Source: Bacteroidota bacterium
Lineage (GTDB): Bacteria; Bacteroidota; Bacteroidia; Bacteroidales; FEN-979
Assembly (NCBI GenBank): GCA_026391715.1
Contig: JAPLDO010000045.1
Location: 7,189-71,188, forward strand
Reading direction: 5' to 3'
DNA: 64,000 nt
Shown: one piece after another, positions 51,794 to 61,001 of the stretch
How the letters are laid out: the number at the start of each line of letters is the position of its first letter
Numbering within the stretch: the first letter of the stretch is position 1
Notes under the pieces: generated by a model
Database searches by the model: none
Told to the model about the DNA's origin: nothing
What the model saw: only the letters and a program-made list of their open reading frames with translations
Made by a program: the position numbers and the translations under genes

Positions 51794-54127
51794 ATGAAAC
51801 GGATCCGTTACATTTTTGCCTTCATCCTGATATTCCATTCTGTTTTTTCACTTTTCGCTCAGCAGGTTCCTATTGGGCAATGGCGTGATGAACTCCCCTA
51901 CTACCTCTGCAACTCTGTAACCGACGCCGGGAGCCGAATTTATGCTTCCACTCCCTTTGCCGTATTCTATTTCAATAAAGAGGATAATAGCGTAGCCCGG
52001 ATTACCAAAATATCAGGATTATCGGATATCGGAATCAGCGCCATTAGTTATAGCAAAGAGTACAAAACACTGGTAATTGCATACAGCAATGCCAACATTG
52101 ATCTGATCAAAGAGAATCAGATTATCAACATCTCCGACATCAAACGAAAACAAATCCTTGGAAATAAAACCATCAACAATATCTTTTTTATCGGCAAGGA
52201 CGCCTATTTGTCCTGCGGATTTGGCATTGTGGCGCTCGACATTGTAAAGGAGGAAATTCGCGAAACCTACTACATCGGCAGCGATGGCAGTCAGGTGAAT
52301 GTGCTTGCGATAGCAAAAGACGCTAACGACACTCTGTTTGCCGCCACTGAAAAGGGCATTTACAAAGCCTGGGCTAAAGATCCCAATCTCGCTAATTTTG
52401 CCTCCTGGCATAAAGACCCGCGTATAGACACTTCGGCAACCTACAATACCATTTCGTGGTTTGCCGGAAAAGTATTTGTTAGCAAGAGAACAAATATTTC
52501 AATTCCTGATACTATCTTTTCTTATGCCAACGGATCCTGGAGCAAATTGATACGGAATGATTATTCTACAGTGAAGCAAATCCGGTCAACCAATGATTAC
52601 CTCGTGGTTTCATTCAGTTATTTTGTGGTGATATTCAATCCAGCTATGGAGGTTTACACAACCATCTGGAGTTATGAGCCTGGCGGACCATTCCCGCTTG
52701 ACGCAATCGCCGACGCTGAGGGAAAATTCTGGGTAGCCGATAACTATATGGGGCTGATCAATTATGACAAACAATCCGGAGTCTTTAATCAAATCAACCT
52801 TGGAGGACCTCTTACATCGCTTGCTTTCAGCATGACCGGCATGAATAACGACCTCTACATCGCGCCAGGCGGAAAAGATGCTTCGTTTATACCAATATAC
52901 ACCCAGCCGCAGGTTTACCATTTCAATAACACCGACTGGAAAAACCTTACAGCATTTAACAATCCTGTACTCGGACAAACCCATGATATTGTTACAATCG
53001 CCGTAAATCCGACCAACTCGCGGCAGGTTTTCGCCGGCTCTTATGGAAAAGGGCTGGTTGAAATATACAATGATTCCGCCATCCGCCGCTATACCGAAAG
53101 TAACAGTACACTGCGCCATCATACCGCTTCCGATACTTCCGACATAAGGGTGGGCGGAGCCACTTTCGACAAAGAAGGCCGGCTTTGGGTAGTCACCTCG
53201 CACAACAACAGTTGTTTGTCGGTGAAAGACGGCGATAAATGGACAGGGTTCACTATTCCCAAAGTGAATGAGAATGACCTGGGTCAAATCATAGTTGACA
53301 AGCATGGACAAAAGTGGATACAGATGCGTTATGGAAATATGAATCCCAACTCGATTTTGGTTTTTTCCGATAACAACACACTTGAAAATACCGGCGATGA
53401 CCAATCAAAGTTGTTGAATAGTACTGTGGGCAGCGGCAATATTCCCGGTAACAATGTATTCGCGATGGCCGAAGACCAGAAGGGAGAAATCTGGATTGGC
53501 ACTGAAAAAGGGATTGCTGTATTTTATTCCCCCGAAAATGTTTTTTCAGATCTGAATTTTGACGCCCAGCGGATTCTCGTGACCCAGGGCGGGTATGTGC
53601 AATATCTGCTTGAAAACGAAACTGTCACAGCTATCGCCGTTGACGGAGCCAACCGCAAATGGGTAGGGACCGACCGCGGCGGGGTTTTCCTCTTTTCGGA
53701 AGACGGCGTCAAACAAATCTACCATTTCACCGCCGAAAACAGTCCGCTTTTATCTGACAGAATCACCTGCATCGCGCTAAACCAGGATGGTGAAGTGTTT
53801 TTTGGCACCGACAAGGGAGTGATCTCTTTCCGGGCGTCGGCTACTCCTGGCGGCGATACTTTTGGGGATGTATATGCCTTTCCCAACCCTGTGAAACCGG
53901 ATTATGATGGCTATATCGCAATTAAAGGTCTTGTAAGCAATGCCCAAGTCCGTATTACAGATGTGAATGGAACCCTGGTTTATTCAACCCGCGCAGAGGG
54001 CGGACAAGCTATCTGGGATGGGAAAAATTTTGACAGGAACAAAGTTCGCACCGGAGTTTATCTTGTAACCGCCGCAAACGATACAGGATCAGAAAAGGTT
54101 GTCACCAAAATCCTCTTTATCAACTGA
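51794..54127 (+). CDS. porZ: PorZ-like T9SS protein (double beta-propeller plus C-terminal sorting domain)
   Basis: About 777 aa with signal peptide MKRIRYIFAFILIFHSVFSLFAQ, two-component-regulator-propeller-like repeats and a CTD-like end (YAFPNPVKPDYDGYIAIKGL...GVYLVTAANDTGSEKVVTKILFIN). The size, architecture and position next to recO fit my recollection of PorZ orthologs. Confidence 0.6.
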   Translation: MKRIRYIFAFILIFHSVFSLFAQQVPIGQWRDELPYYLCNSVTDAGSRIYASTPFAVFYFNKEDNSVARITKISGLSDIGISAISYSKEYKTLVIAYSNANIDLIKENQIINISDIKRKQILGNKTINNIFFIGKDAYLSCGFGIVALDIVKEEIRETYYIGSDGSQVNVLAIAKDANDTLFAATEKGIYKAWAKDPNLANFASWHKDPRIDTSATYNTISWFAGKVFVSKRTNISIPDTIFSYANGSWSKLIRNDYSTVKQIRSTNDYLVVSFSYFVVIFNPAMEVYTTIWSYEPGGPFPLDAIADAEGKFWVADNYMGLINYDKQSGVFNQINLGGPLTSLAFSMTGMNNDLYIAPGGKDASFIPIYTQPQVYHFNNTDWKNLTAFNNPVLGQTHDIVTIAVNPTNSRQVFAGSYGKGLVEIYNDSAIRRYTESNSTLRHHTASDTSDIRVGGATFDKEGRLWVVTSHNNSCLSVKDGDKWTGFTIPKVNENDLGQIIVDKHGQKWIQMRYGNMNPNSILVFSDNNTLENTGDDQSKLLNSTVGSGNIPGNNVFAMAEDQKGEIWIGTEKGIAVFYSPENVFSDLNFDAQRILVTQGGYVQYLLENETVTAIAVDGANRKWVGTDRGGVFLFSEDGVKQIYHFTAENSPLLSDRITCIALNQDGEVFFGTDKGVISFRASATPGGDTFGDVYAFPNPVKPDYDGYIAIKGLVSNAQVRITDVNGTLVYSTRAEGGQAIWDGKNFDRNKVRTGVYLVTAANDTGSEKVVTKILFIN

Positions 54128-54915
54128 TGCTTTGTTCCACGAAAGGCATCGTTTTTCATTCGCTCAAGTACTCGGAAACCAGTATCATCGTTAAAATTTA
54201 TACCGAACTTTTCGGTATTCAGTCCTATCTTATCCGGGGAATGCGCAAAACCCGTTCGAAAATCAAACCAGCCCTTTTTCAGCCGCTCACGCTTCTCGAC
54301 CTCGAAGTTTACCACCGCGAACAGGCTTCCTTGCAATCAATCCGCGGAGTCCATTTGGCAGTTCCCTATCAAACTATTCCATTCGACATTCGGAAAAGTT
54401 CAGTGGCGCTGTTTATCAACGAGCTGTTATACAAATCTATTCGCGAAGAGGAACCCAATCCAAATCTGTTTGGTTTCCTTTGGAATACTTGTATCGCGCT
54501 TGATTCTACGGATGAAAATGTGTCTGATTTTCACATCCGCTTTGCCATTCAACTGATGCATTATCTTGGGATATTTCCACAGCTCAACTATTCGTTGGAA
54601 ACTAACTTGTTCAACATGCGCGAAGGCATTTTCCAGTCGGGCGCGCCGATGTATCCGGAATGCCTCGATGCAAAACTTAGCATAAAATTTTTCGCGTTGC
54701 TGGAATCCAACCTGTCGCTATCTGACCTCACCCCCGGCCCCTCCCCAAAGGAGGAAGACCCCACCCCCGGCCCCTCCCCAAAAAGGGAGGGGGGAATGAT
54801 CGTAGCAAGCGAAAGGAGGGAATTGCTGGAGAAGATTTTGCAATACTATCAATTGCATTTGCCGGGGTTTACAGGTATAAAGTCGCACGGAATACTGCAA
54901 GAAGCGCTTAGTTAG
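54127..54915 (+). CDS. recO: DNA repair protein RecO, carrying an in-frame repeat-element insertion
   Basis: MLCSTKGIVFHSLKYSETSIIVKIYTELFGIQSYLIRGMRK... is typical of Bacteroidota RecO. Its ATG shares one nucleotide with the porZ-like TGA (TGATG). The insert TPGPSPKEEDPTPGPSPKREGG comes from the GC-rich element. Confidence 0.85.
   Translation: MLCSTKGIVFHSLKYSETSIIVKIYTELFGIQSYLIRGMRKTRSKIKPALFQPLTLLDLEVYHREQASLQSIRGVHLAVPYQTIPFDIRKSSVALFINELLYKSIREEEPNPNLFGFLWNTCIALDSTDENVSDFHIRFAIQLMHYLGIFPQLNYSLETNLFNMREGIFQSGAPMYPECLDAKLSIKFFALLESNLSLSDLTPGPSPKEEDPTPGPSPKREGGMIVASERRELLEKILQYYQLHLPGFTGIKSHGILQEALS
54724..54799 (+). repeat. GC-rich hairpin repeat element (1.5 tandem copies, period 33 bp) inside recO
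   Basis: cacccccggcccctccccaaa occurs at 54729 and 54762. The second copy forms the hairpin cccctcccc-aaaaa-gggaggggg. Related copies lie at 58011-58049 and 58102-58146. Confidence 0.8.
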
Positions 54916-54974
54916 GATTCGCTCCTAAAAACCAGCAAGGGGGATCTTTTTATTCAAAATTTGTAAATCAATTG

Positions 54975-54982
54975 TATCTTTG
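54975..54982 (+). promoter_or_regulatory. Candidate -7 box TATCTTTG for the BNR/Ycf48-like gene
   Basis: Matches TAnnTTTG. It lies only 6 nt before ATG 54988 but 39 nt before ATG 55021, which favours the latter start. Confidence 0.45.
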
Positions 54983-55020
54983 AATTCATGAAATGGCGCT
55001 ACATTGATATTTTCAATTTT

Positions 55021-56364
55021 ATGGCTAAATGTATTTTGGCTGTCTTCCTGTTTTTTGGTCAGTTCGCCATTATGGCACAGGGAACTTGGGAAAAGAAAGA
55101 CCTTCCCACTATTCAATTCTTCAGGTCTGTTTTTTTTACCGATAGTTTATATGGCTGGATCGCCGGCGATTCGGGGATTATCCTGCATACCGTTGATGGC
55201 GGTGATTCATGGGTAGCTCAGAATAGTCATACTGATAATGAGATTACTGACATTTTTTTTCTGAGCAGGAACCTTGGATGGGCAGCCGCATTAAATTACA
55301 TCGTTCCGCCTTATGGAACAATTTTACTGAAAACCGATAACGGAGGCGCCACCTGGATACCTCAAAATTATCCCGAAGAAAACATCTTCATTACCTGCAT
55401 CCTGTTCAGGGATTCTCTGAATGGCTGGATGGGAGGAAGGCCGCACGCTATTGTAAGAACCGCCGACGGCGGCGTAACATGGAACCAGGCAACGGTTGAT
55501 ACGAGCATTCTTGCATTCTTTCCTGTTCTTACAATTCAATTTTATAATGATCAGTATGGATATGCAAGCGGCGGCATGTTTGATATTGCCGGCGTGATTT
55601 GGCGAACTTCAAACGGCGGAGATACCTGGTACGCCATTGATCCTTCTGACGCGCCTGCCGACGAGGTTCATTCGCTGCATATTTTTGATTCCATAACGGT
55701 TATGGGCGCGGGCGGCGATCCCGATTTCGGGTATGGAGTTGGCATGATTCGCACCTTTGATGGCGGAATCAATTGGGAATACGATGAACTCGACATCCAG
55801 GGAAACGCCACTGATCTTGATTTCAGAAATGCCACTGAAGCATGGGCGCCACTGGGTCAGCAACGAAAAATGATCTATAGCCTTGACGCCGGTAATACCT
55901 GGACGCCAATTTTTCCACCCGATTCTGTATCTATTTATGATGTTACATTTCCCGATTCGCAACATGGTTACGCAGTTGGACGCGATGGCGCATTCCTGAA
56001 ATATCACCCGCCCGTAATTCCCTCGGCGCCGCAGAATCAGGTAAATGATCTTTTTAATTATTTACTGTTTCAGAATATCCCTAACCCCGTTCAAAGAAAT
56101 ACCACAATCGGGTTCAGGATTCCAGCCGCTAATCCGTATATTGTCGGTTTTGCTGATAATGGAGAGGTCAAAATTCAAATACGGTTGTTTGACGGTTTCG
56201 GGAAAATTGTTTTCCGGTCGCAGGAACAACGCATGATAACCGGAAACCATGAAATTAATGTTGATCTCAGCAAACTGAACAATGGCGTTTATTTCTACCG
56301 GCTTTACGTAAACGACTATCTTGTTCCCCTCGCCGGCGCCAAACGGTTGATTGTTGCAAGGTAA
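55021..56364 (+). CDS. BNR/Asp-box repeat beta-propeller protein (Ycf48-like) with T9SS C-terminal sorting domain
   Basis: Signal peptide MAKCILAVFLFFGQFAIMAQG. Six SxDxGxTW-like boxes (TVDGGDSW, KTDNGGATW, TADGGVTW, TSNGGDTW, TFDGGINW, SLDAGNTW). CTD-like end (FQNIPNPVQRNTTIGF...NGVYFYRLYVND). Confidence 0.7.
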   Translation: MAKCILAVFLFFGQFAIMAQGTWEKKDLPTIQFFRSVFFTDSLYGWIAGDSGIILHTVDGGDSWVAQNSHTDNEITDIFFLSRNLGWAAALNYIVPPYGTILLKTDNGGATWIPQNYPEENIFITCILFRDSLNGWMGGRPHAIVRTADGGVTWNQATVDTSILAFFPVLTIQFYNDQYGYASGGMFDIAGVIWRTSNGGDTWYAIDPSDAPADEVHSLHIFDSITVMGAGGDPDFGYGVGMIRTFDGGINWEYDELDIQGNATDLDFRNATEAWAPLGQQRKMIYSLDAGNTWTPIFPPDSVSIYDVTFPDSQHGYAVGRDGAFLKYHPPVIPSAPQNQVNDLFNYLLFQNIPNPVQRNTTIGFRIPAANPYIVGFADNGEVKIQIRLFDGFGKIVFRSQEQRMITGNHEINVDLSKLNNGVYFYRLYVNDYLVPLAGAKRLIVAR

Positions 56365-56366
56365 AG

Positions 56367-58016
56367 TTACCGGATCATTACCATTTTCCCCGATTCCACG
56401 CAATCGTTAATCCTATACTTGTAAAAGTACATGCTTCCGGAAATTAATTTCTCAATACCTGGTGCGATAGAAAGAAAATCAACGTAATACCTGCCGGGAA
56501 ATTTCCACTCATCAACCAGGGTGACAACATCCCGCCCATAGATGTCATAAACCGTTATAGTTGCTTTTCCCGACTTAATAACCTGATATTCAAAAGTCGT
56601 TTTGTCACGGAATGGATTTGGAAAATTTCGGATCAGACTGCTCTCTGATCCGGATTTAGGTTCATTGATTCCATCAACATCAGAAAATTTAATGGGAACT
56701 GTCCAGATTTGATAGACCCCCGTAGAATTGTCCATCCAAACAGGCCATAAATGAGTATCGGTGGAAGTGATGTCAATGTTATCGCCCTGATAACCCTCTC
56801 CGAGATAACCGATAGAACGCGGTTTAAAATGATGATCGCAAATTTCATACTCCCTGAAGGTCTCGCCGCCATCGTTCGACCGGGCGAGGAAAACCCCGGA
56901 TGAATCATTGGTAGTATTCCGGTCATCGTAGAAAATCACATTTACGGCCCCGGATTTATCTACATGGACTGTTGGAAAATACTGGGTTTTGCCGTTATTC
57001 AGCGCATCCTGATTGACCCTGATTCCTGCCGACCATGTTTTTCCGCCATCGGTGGATCGGTTTAAAACTATGTCGGGATCGCTTCCTGCGGGCGCCAGGT
57101 CTTTTTGTCCTGTAACTATGTAAATCCATCCTTTCCGGGTTCCTTCGGTAGCGTCAACGGCTATGCCGGGCAACCCGTTTACCCTGATTTTTCCCTTGTT
57201 TATGAGTTCGCCGGTAATTCCGTTCATCGGGAAAACATTTTCGGTTACACTCCAATCAGCCCCGCCGTTTAACGACGATGCAAAGCCAACCAGAATCTCC
57301 TTGAATGGGGAAACATCGGTAACGCCAGCCCAGCAAATATAAACCTCTCCTCCCGGACCAACAGCGAGATCGCCGCCGGCGCTCCGGTTGGTTGGATTGT
57401 TTAACTTTCGCGGCGTACTCCATGATTGCGCTCCGTTGTCGGTATATGCAATCATCATTGGAAACGGATAAGCAAACTTTATCCACCCGGCAAAAGTTCT
57501 TCCGTAGCCGGGCGTTCCGGGCAAATCGTTGGTAGCAAGAGATGCGCGCTCAAGATCGTCAGTTGAAATGACCTTCTGCGCCGACCAGGTTTGCCCATTG
57601 TCGGTTGAGTAATGCGAATATAAACCAACGAAAGGAGAACGTCCGAGGCGTGTAATAATAAAGGCGCCATTGACATCTATCGCAATACCTGGATCGCCGC
57701 CATGAAATGCGATAGGCGACCCGGTGCAAGTATCGTTGCCTTGCCAGGAGATTCCGCCATCGGTGGTGACAAATATTCCCTCACTGATAAATAATGGTAT
57801 AAAATTCAGGGTGTTGCAGGAAACCCAGAGGATATTCTGGTTTATGGGACTTTTTACGATGAAGACCTCAGTTTGATCGACGCTACCGGGATAGATTCGA
57901 TAACTGGCGCCGATCTTCAGGGGAGAATCCGGGTTGTTGGCGGATTGGGCAAACATGCCAAAACTGATCAAAAGACAGACGAAAACAAGGAATGTTCTTA
58001 AAATAGAACACCTCAC
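56367..58016 (-). CDS. BNR-repeat sialidase-superfamily protein with T9SS C-terminal sorting domain
   Basis: Asp-boxes TTDGGISW, STDNGQTW, YTDNGAQSW, STDGGKTW and SNDGGETF, with CTD-like end NFPNPFRDKTTFEY...YFYKYRIND. The ORF is open to 58160, but that extension is repeat-element sequence. GTG at 58016 would give the signal peptide MRCSILRTFLVFVCLLISFGMFAQS. The start is uncertain. Confidence 0.65.
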   Translation of the reverse strand: MRCSILRTFLVFVCLLISFGMFAQSANNPDSPLKIGASYRIYPGSVDQTEVFIVKSPINQNILWVSCNTLNFIPLFISEGIFVTTDGGISWQGNDTCTGSPIAFHGGDPGIAIDVNGAFIITRLGRSPFVGLYSHYSTDNGQTWSAQKVISTDDLERASLATNDLPGTPGYGRTFAGWIKFAYPFPMMIAYTDNGAQSWSTPRKLNNPTNRSAGGDLAVGPGGEVYICWAGVTDVSPFKEILVGFASSLNGGADWSVTENVFPMNGITGELINKGKIRVNGLPGIAVDATEGTRKGWIYIVTGQKDLAPAGSDPDIVLNRSTDGGKTWSAGIRVNQDALNNGKTQYFPTVHVDKSGAVNVIFYDDRNTTNDSSGVFLARSNDGGETFREYEICDHHFKPRSIGYLGEGYQGDNIDITSTDTHLWPVWMDNSTGVYQIWTVPIKFSDVDGINEPKSGSESSLIRNFPNPFRDKTTFEYQVIKSGKATITVYDIYGRDVVTLVDEWKFPGRYYVDFLSIAPGIEKLISGSMYFYKYRINDCVESGKMVMIR

Positions 58017-58146
58017 CCCCTGACCCTCCCCAAGAAGGGAGGGGAATGACGTTCTACTCAAATTAAAACAAACTTTATAGGTTTTTGCCGGATTAGAATC
58101 GGCTCCCCCTTCCCTTTTTGGGGAAGGGGGTCGGGGGGAAGGGGTC
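58011..58146. repeat. Inverted pair of GC-rich hairpin repeat elements flanking a 52-bp AT-rich spacer
   Basis: 58011-58049 (cctcaccccctgaccctccccaagaagggaggggaatga) and, in the opposite orientation, 58102-58146 (reverse complement gaccccttccccccgacccccttccccaaaaagggaagggggagc). Both are related to the recO insert. Confidence 0.75.
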
Positions 58147-58202
58147 AAATTATCTGTCATTTTGTTTTTTTTGAAATTAATCAGCGAGAAATATTAAGCG
58201 GG

Positions 58203-60356
58203 TCAGAAGGTGTACCCCAAATTCAGCGACACAAAATAATCTCTCGGCGCGCCTGCTTCATAGTATCGTTTATTGGCAGAATTTGTATTTGTGAAGCCGA
58301 CATAAACTTCATTGAAAATATTATTTACTCCTCCTGAAGCCATCAGGTTGAAATTTCCGAATTTCAAATCAATACCCAGCAAGCCGTTCAGCAGGTTATA
58401 TCCTTTGGTTTTATCGCTGTTTGCATCATCAACATACATCCCGCTTATCCCCTGATAGCTGGCTCTGGCGAAAATATTAAGATGTTTTCCGATAGAGAGT
58501 GAATAGGCGAGTGAAAGGTAAAGGTTATTTACCGGAACGCTCGGAACAATGTTACCCGAGAAATCTTTGTTGGAAATGATAAAACTTCCGGTATCTAATT
58601 CAATCGTTTGCGCTTCATAAGTAAGGTAGTCAAAAGCTGACCATGTGTAGGAAACGCCGAAATTCAGATTTGGTAGTATTTCAAGTTGCGCACCCAGTTC
58701 AGCGCCCCTCCTGTTTGTCTTTGCTGCATTGCGGTAATAAACTTCCCCAAGCACTTCATAAGGAATTATCTCATTATTGAGCCGGATATTAAACAAAGTA
58801 ACCTCGAAACTCAACCTTCTGAAAAAATCCTTCTCCCACCGTAAAATATTCCCTTTAATACCAACTTCAAAATTCCCCGATTCCTGAGGTTTTAGGTCTG
58901 GATTAAAAAGAAAGGGATCAGGACTACCCATTTCGTTGGCTGCCGGAGCGTCAAAACTCAAACCATACGAGGTATAAATTGAAACCATTGGCGTAATTTT
59001 ATAGTTCAAAGCCAGTTTGGGAGTAACTGCGCTGTATGGTTTACGATCGGTGCGCGAGGGCAGGATTTGCTCGGCGATGCTATATAATACATTATCGTAT
59101 CGAGCTGTAAGCAAAACAAACATCTTCTCCTTCAGAATCTCGAAATTGTTTGAAAGATAAAACCCTTTGTTTGAAATGTCTTCACTTTCCAATCCATCGA
59201 TTTGATCCCCTTTTGCCCCATAGATGTTTTTATAATATTCGATTCGCGCCGGTTGGGTAAAGAGGTCGCCGCCAACCGAAAACTCATTGTGCCGCGATCC
59301 AATCATGCATTTATGGATATATCGGGCGCTAAGTCCAAGCCCATAGCGGTTGATAATGCGGTAATCGGCGGCTGTTCGTTCAAAGAATTTAATTGTTCCA
59401 TAAGCGGTAATTTCAATCTCATTATTCAGATTCCCACCAAAAATAGCGTCGTATCGTATTCCCACCCTTCCTTTGGTAGTTATCCGTTTTTCATCCCGGT
59501 CAATTGACCGCTGATCTGCCTGGTAAGGATCAGCGTCAAATTCACTTTTTGTAAGAGACCCCGGAAGTTTGATTGCCCCATCAACAAAATAACCGAGTAT
59601 TGACAACTTTGTATGAATTGACGGAGTCGCTTCCAAAACCATATTCAGAATATGCCAGTATTCATTATTATGTTGCCGGTAGCCGTCATAATTCACATAA
59701 CTGTATGTAGTAAGAAACCGGTATTTATCGGTTTTAATTGCAGCTTTAAACCCATTTTTATGAAGCCCGAATGATCCGAACTGATTGAACTGAACCACTG
59801 ATGACCGATCAAAATCAAGGTCGTTCATAAAGTTTGCAACCCCGCCGGGAGCGTTTGTATATAAGGAAGAGGCATTTCCTTTAACGATTTCAATCCTGCC
59901 GATGGAATTGAAATCAAGAGCCTCAAGCCGTGTCTGTCCATCCGGTTCCGATTCGGGAATATCATCAAGCAGAATGCGTATTCCTCTAACGCCGGAGTTT
60001 GAACGGCTGCCAAATCCGCGAATCGAAAACCGTACATCATGATCGCCGTAACGCGACTGTAGAAATAGCCCCGGAACGGAAGAGAGCATATCATTGGCGC
60101 CTATTTTACGATCGTATTTGAAGTTTGAGTAATTAATTCTGACTACAGAATACGGGATGTCAATGATACGTTTAGATACGCGGGTGGCAGATATCACTAC
60201 TTCGTTAAGTTCCCGATAAATAGTGTCAGGCGCTTTTGTAACAGTATCAGTTAATGATATTTTCTGGCTCATGGCGCTGGAATGACCTGTAACAAGCACA
60301 ATCAGCGAGATAATAATCATCGCCACAAATCTTTTAATCTGTATAAATTTTTCCAT
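58203..60356 (-). CDS. TonB-dependent outer-membrane receptor
   Basis: 717 aa with a signal peptide, a plug domain (EVVISATRVSKRIIDIPYSVVRI, FSIRGFGSRS), a long beta-barrel and a terminal aromatic residue (LNLGYTF). No SusD-like partner gene is adjacent. Confidence 0.85.
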   Translation of the reverse strand: MEKFIQIKRFVAMIIISLIVLVTGHSSAMSQKISLTDTVTKAPDTIYRELNEVVISATRVSKRIIDIPYSVVRINYSNFKYDRKIGANDMLSSVPGLFLQSRYGDHDVRFSIRGFGSRSNSGVRGIRILLDDIPESEPDGQTRLEALDFNSIGRIEIVKGNASSLYTNAPGGVANFMNDLDFDRSSVVQFNQFGSFGLHKNGFKAAIKTDKYRFLTTYSYVNYDGYRQHNNEYWHILNMVLEATPSIHTKLSILGYFVDGAIKLPGSLTKSEFDADPYQADQRSIDRDEKRITTKGRVGIRYDAIFGGNLNNEIEITAYGTIKFFERTAADYRIINRYGLGLSARYIHKCMIGSRHNEFSVGGDLFTQPARIEYYKNIYGAKGDQIDGLESEDISNKGFYLSNNFEILKEKMFVLLTARYDNVLYSIAEQILPSRTDRKPYSAVTPKLALNYKITPMVSIYTSYGLSFDAPAANEMGSPDPFLFNPDLKPQESGNFEVGIKGNILRWEKDFFRRLSFEVTLFNIRLNNEIIPYEVLGEVYYRNAAKTNRRGAELGAQLEILPNLNFGVSYTWSAFDYLTYEAQTIELDTGSFIISNKDFSGNIVPSVPVNNLYLSLAYSLSIGKHLNIFARASYQGISGMYVDDANSDKTKGYNLLNGLLGIDLKFGNFNLMASGGVNNIFNEVYVGFTNTNSANKRYYEAGAPRDYFVSLNLGYTF

Positions 60357-60620
60357 AACTCATTTTTTTAATAATCAACGTTTTATTGAAAAGGTTCCAA
60401 GGAAGGGCAAGATGAAAAAGAGTAGCGGCAATATGCGCGAAAATTGTTTCACCGGATAGAAATTGGAAAACGGTCAAAGATAATAAATTCAAGGGTAAAT
60501 GCGCTTGCGATACTGAAAATCCGATCTCTTTGTTAAAGTTTTGTTAATACCTGATTTCTCCAGAATTGCGACAAAATCTACGATCACCTTTGCGTCATAA
60601 AACTTTAAAAAAATAAAAAT

Positions 60621-60827
60621 ATGAAAAAGTTAATGGTAATCGCGATGGCTGTAATGTTTAGTGTCAGCCTTTTTGCCCAGGATCAGAAACCGGTTGAGAA
60701 AAAGGAAGCTCCTAAAACGGAAAAGAAGGCTAAGCATTCAAAGGAAACCGCCAAACCTGCCGAGAAGAAAGAGGAAGCTAAGCCTGCGCCAAAAAAGGAA
60801 GAAGCCAAGCCCGCGCCAAAAAAATAA
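60621..60827 (+). CDS. Small secreted Lys/Glu/Pro-rich repeat protein
   Basis: 68 aa. Signal peptide MKKLMVIAMAVMFSVSLFAQ, then KKEEAKPAP x2 encoded by a 27-nt tandem duplication. A terminator follows. Confidence 0.55.
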   Translation: MKKLMVIAMAVMFSVSLFAQDQKPVEKKEAPKTEKKAKHSKETAKPAEKKEEAKPAPKKEEAKPAPKK

Positions 60828-60857
60828 AAGATTGGTTTTTCATTGGGTTAATTCAGG

Positions 60858-60885
60858 AAGCCATCCGTTGGGGTGGCTTTTTTTA
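60858..60885 (+). terminator. Rho-independent terminator
   Basis: 9-bp stem aagccatcc/gggtggctt (one G-U pair), loop gttg, followed by a run of T residues. Confidence 0.65.
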
Positions 60886-60968
60886 TTGTTACCCTGGAGG
60901 GAGGAATACATTAACCGAATAATTGTTTGTTTTTAAAACAAATATTTGTAGCATTTTGCAACTTTTAC

Positions 60969-60976
60969 TATTTTTG
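60969..60976 (+). promoter_or_regulatory. Candidate -7 box TATTTTTG for the toxin-antitoxin operon
   Basis: Matches TAnnTTTG, 26 nt upstream of ATG 61002 and inside the rejected longer ORF (60927). Confidence 0.45.
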
Positions 60977-61001
60977 CTACATAGATAAGATATTTTGCAA
61001 T

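Noticed and set aside
52610-53404. Long antisense ORFs inside well-supported genes: 52610-53404 (264 aa), 3980-4621, 9609-10226, 17544-18170, 34578-35156, 34697-35254, 1666-2115, 12511-12906 and 45757-46251.
   Set aside because: Each lies fully within a longer ORF on the opposite strand that has clear family motifs. Their translations are low-complexity or Cys/Arg/His-rich with no motifs, so they are shadow ORFs.
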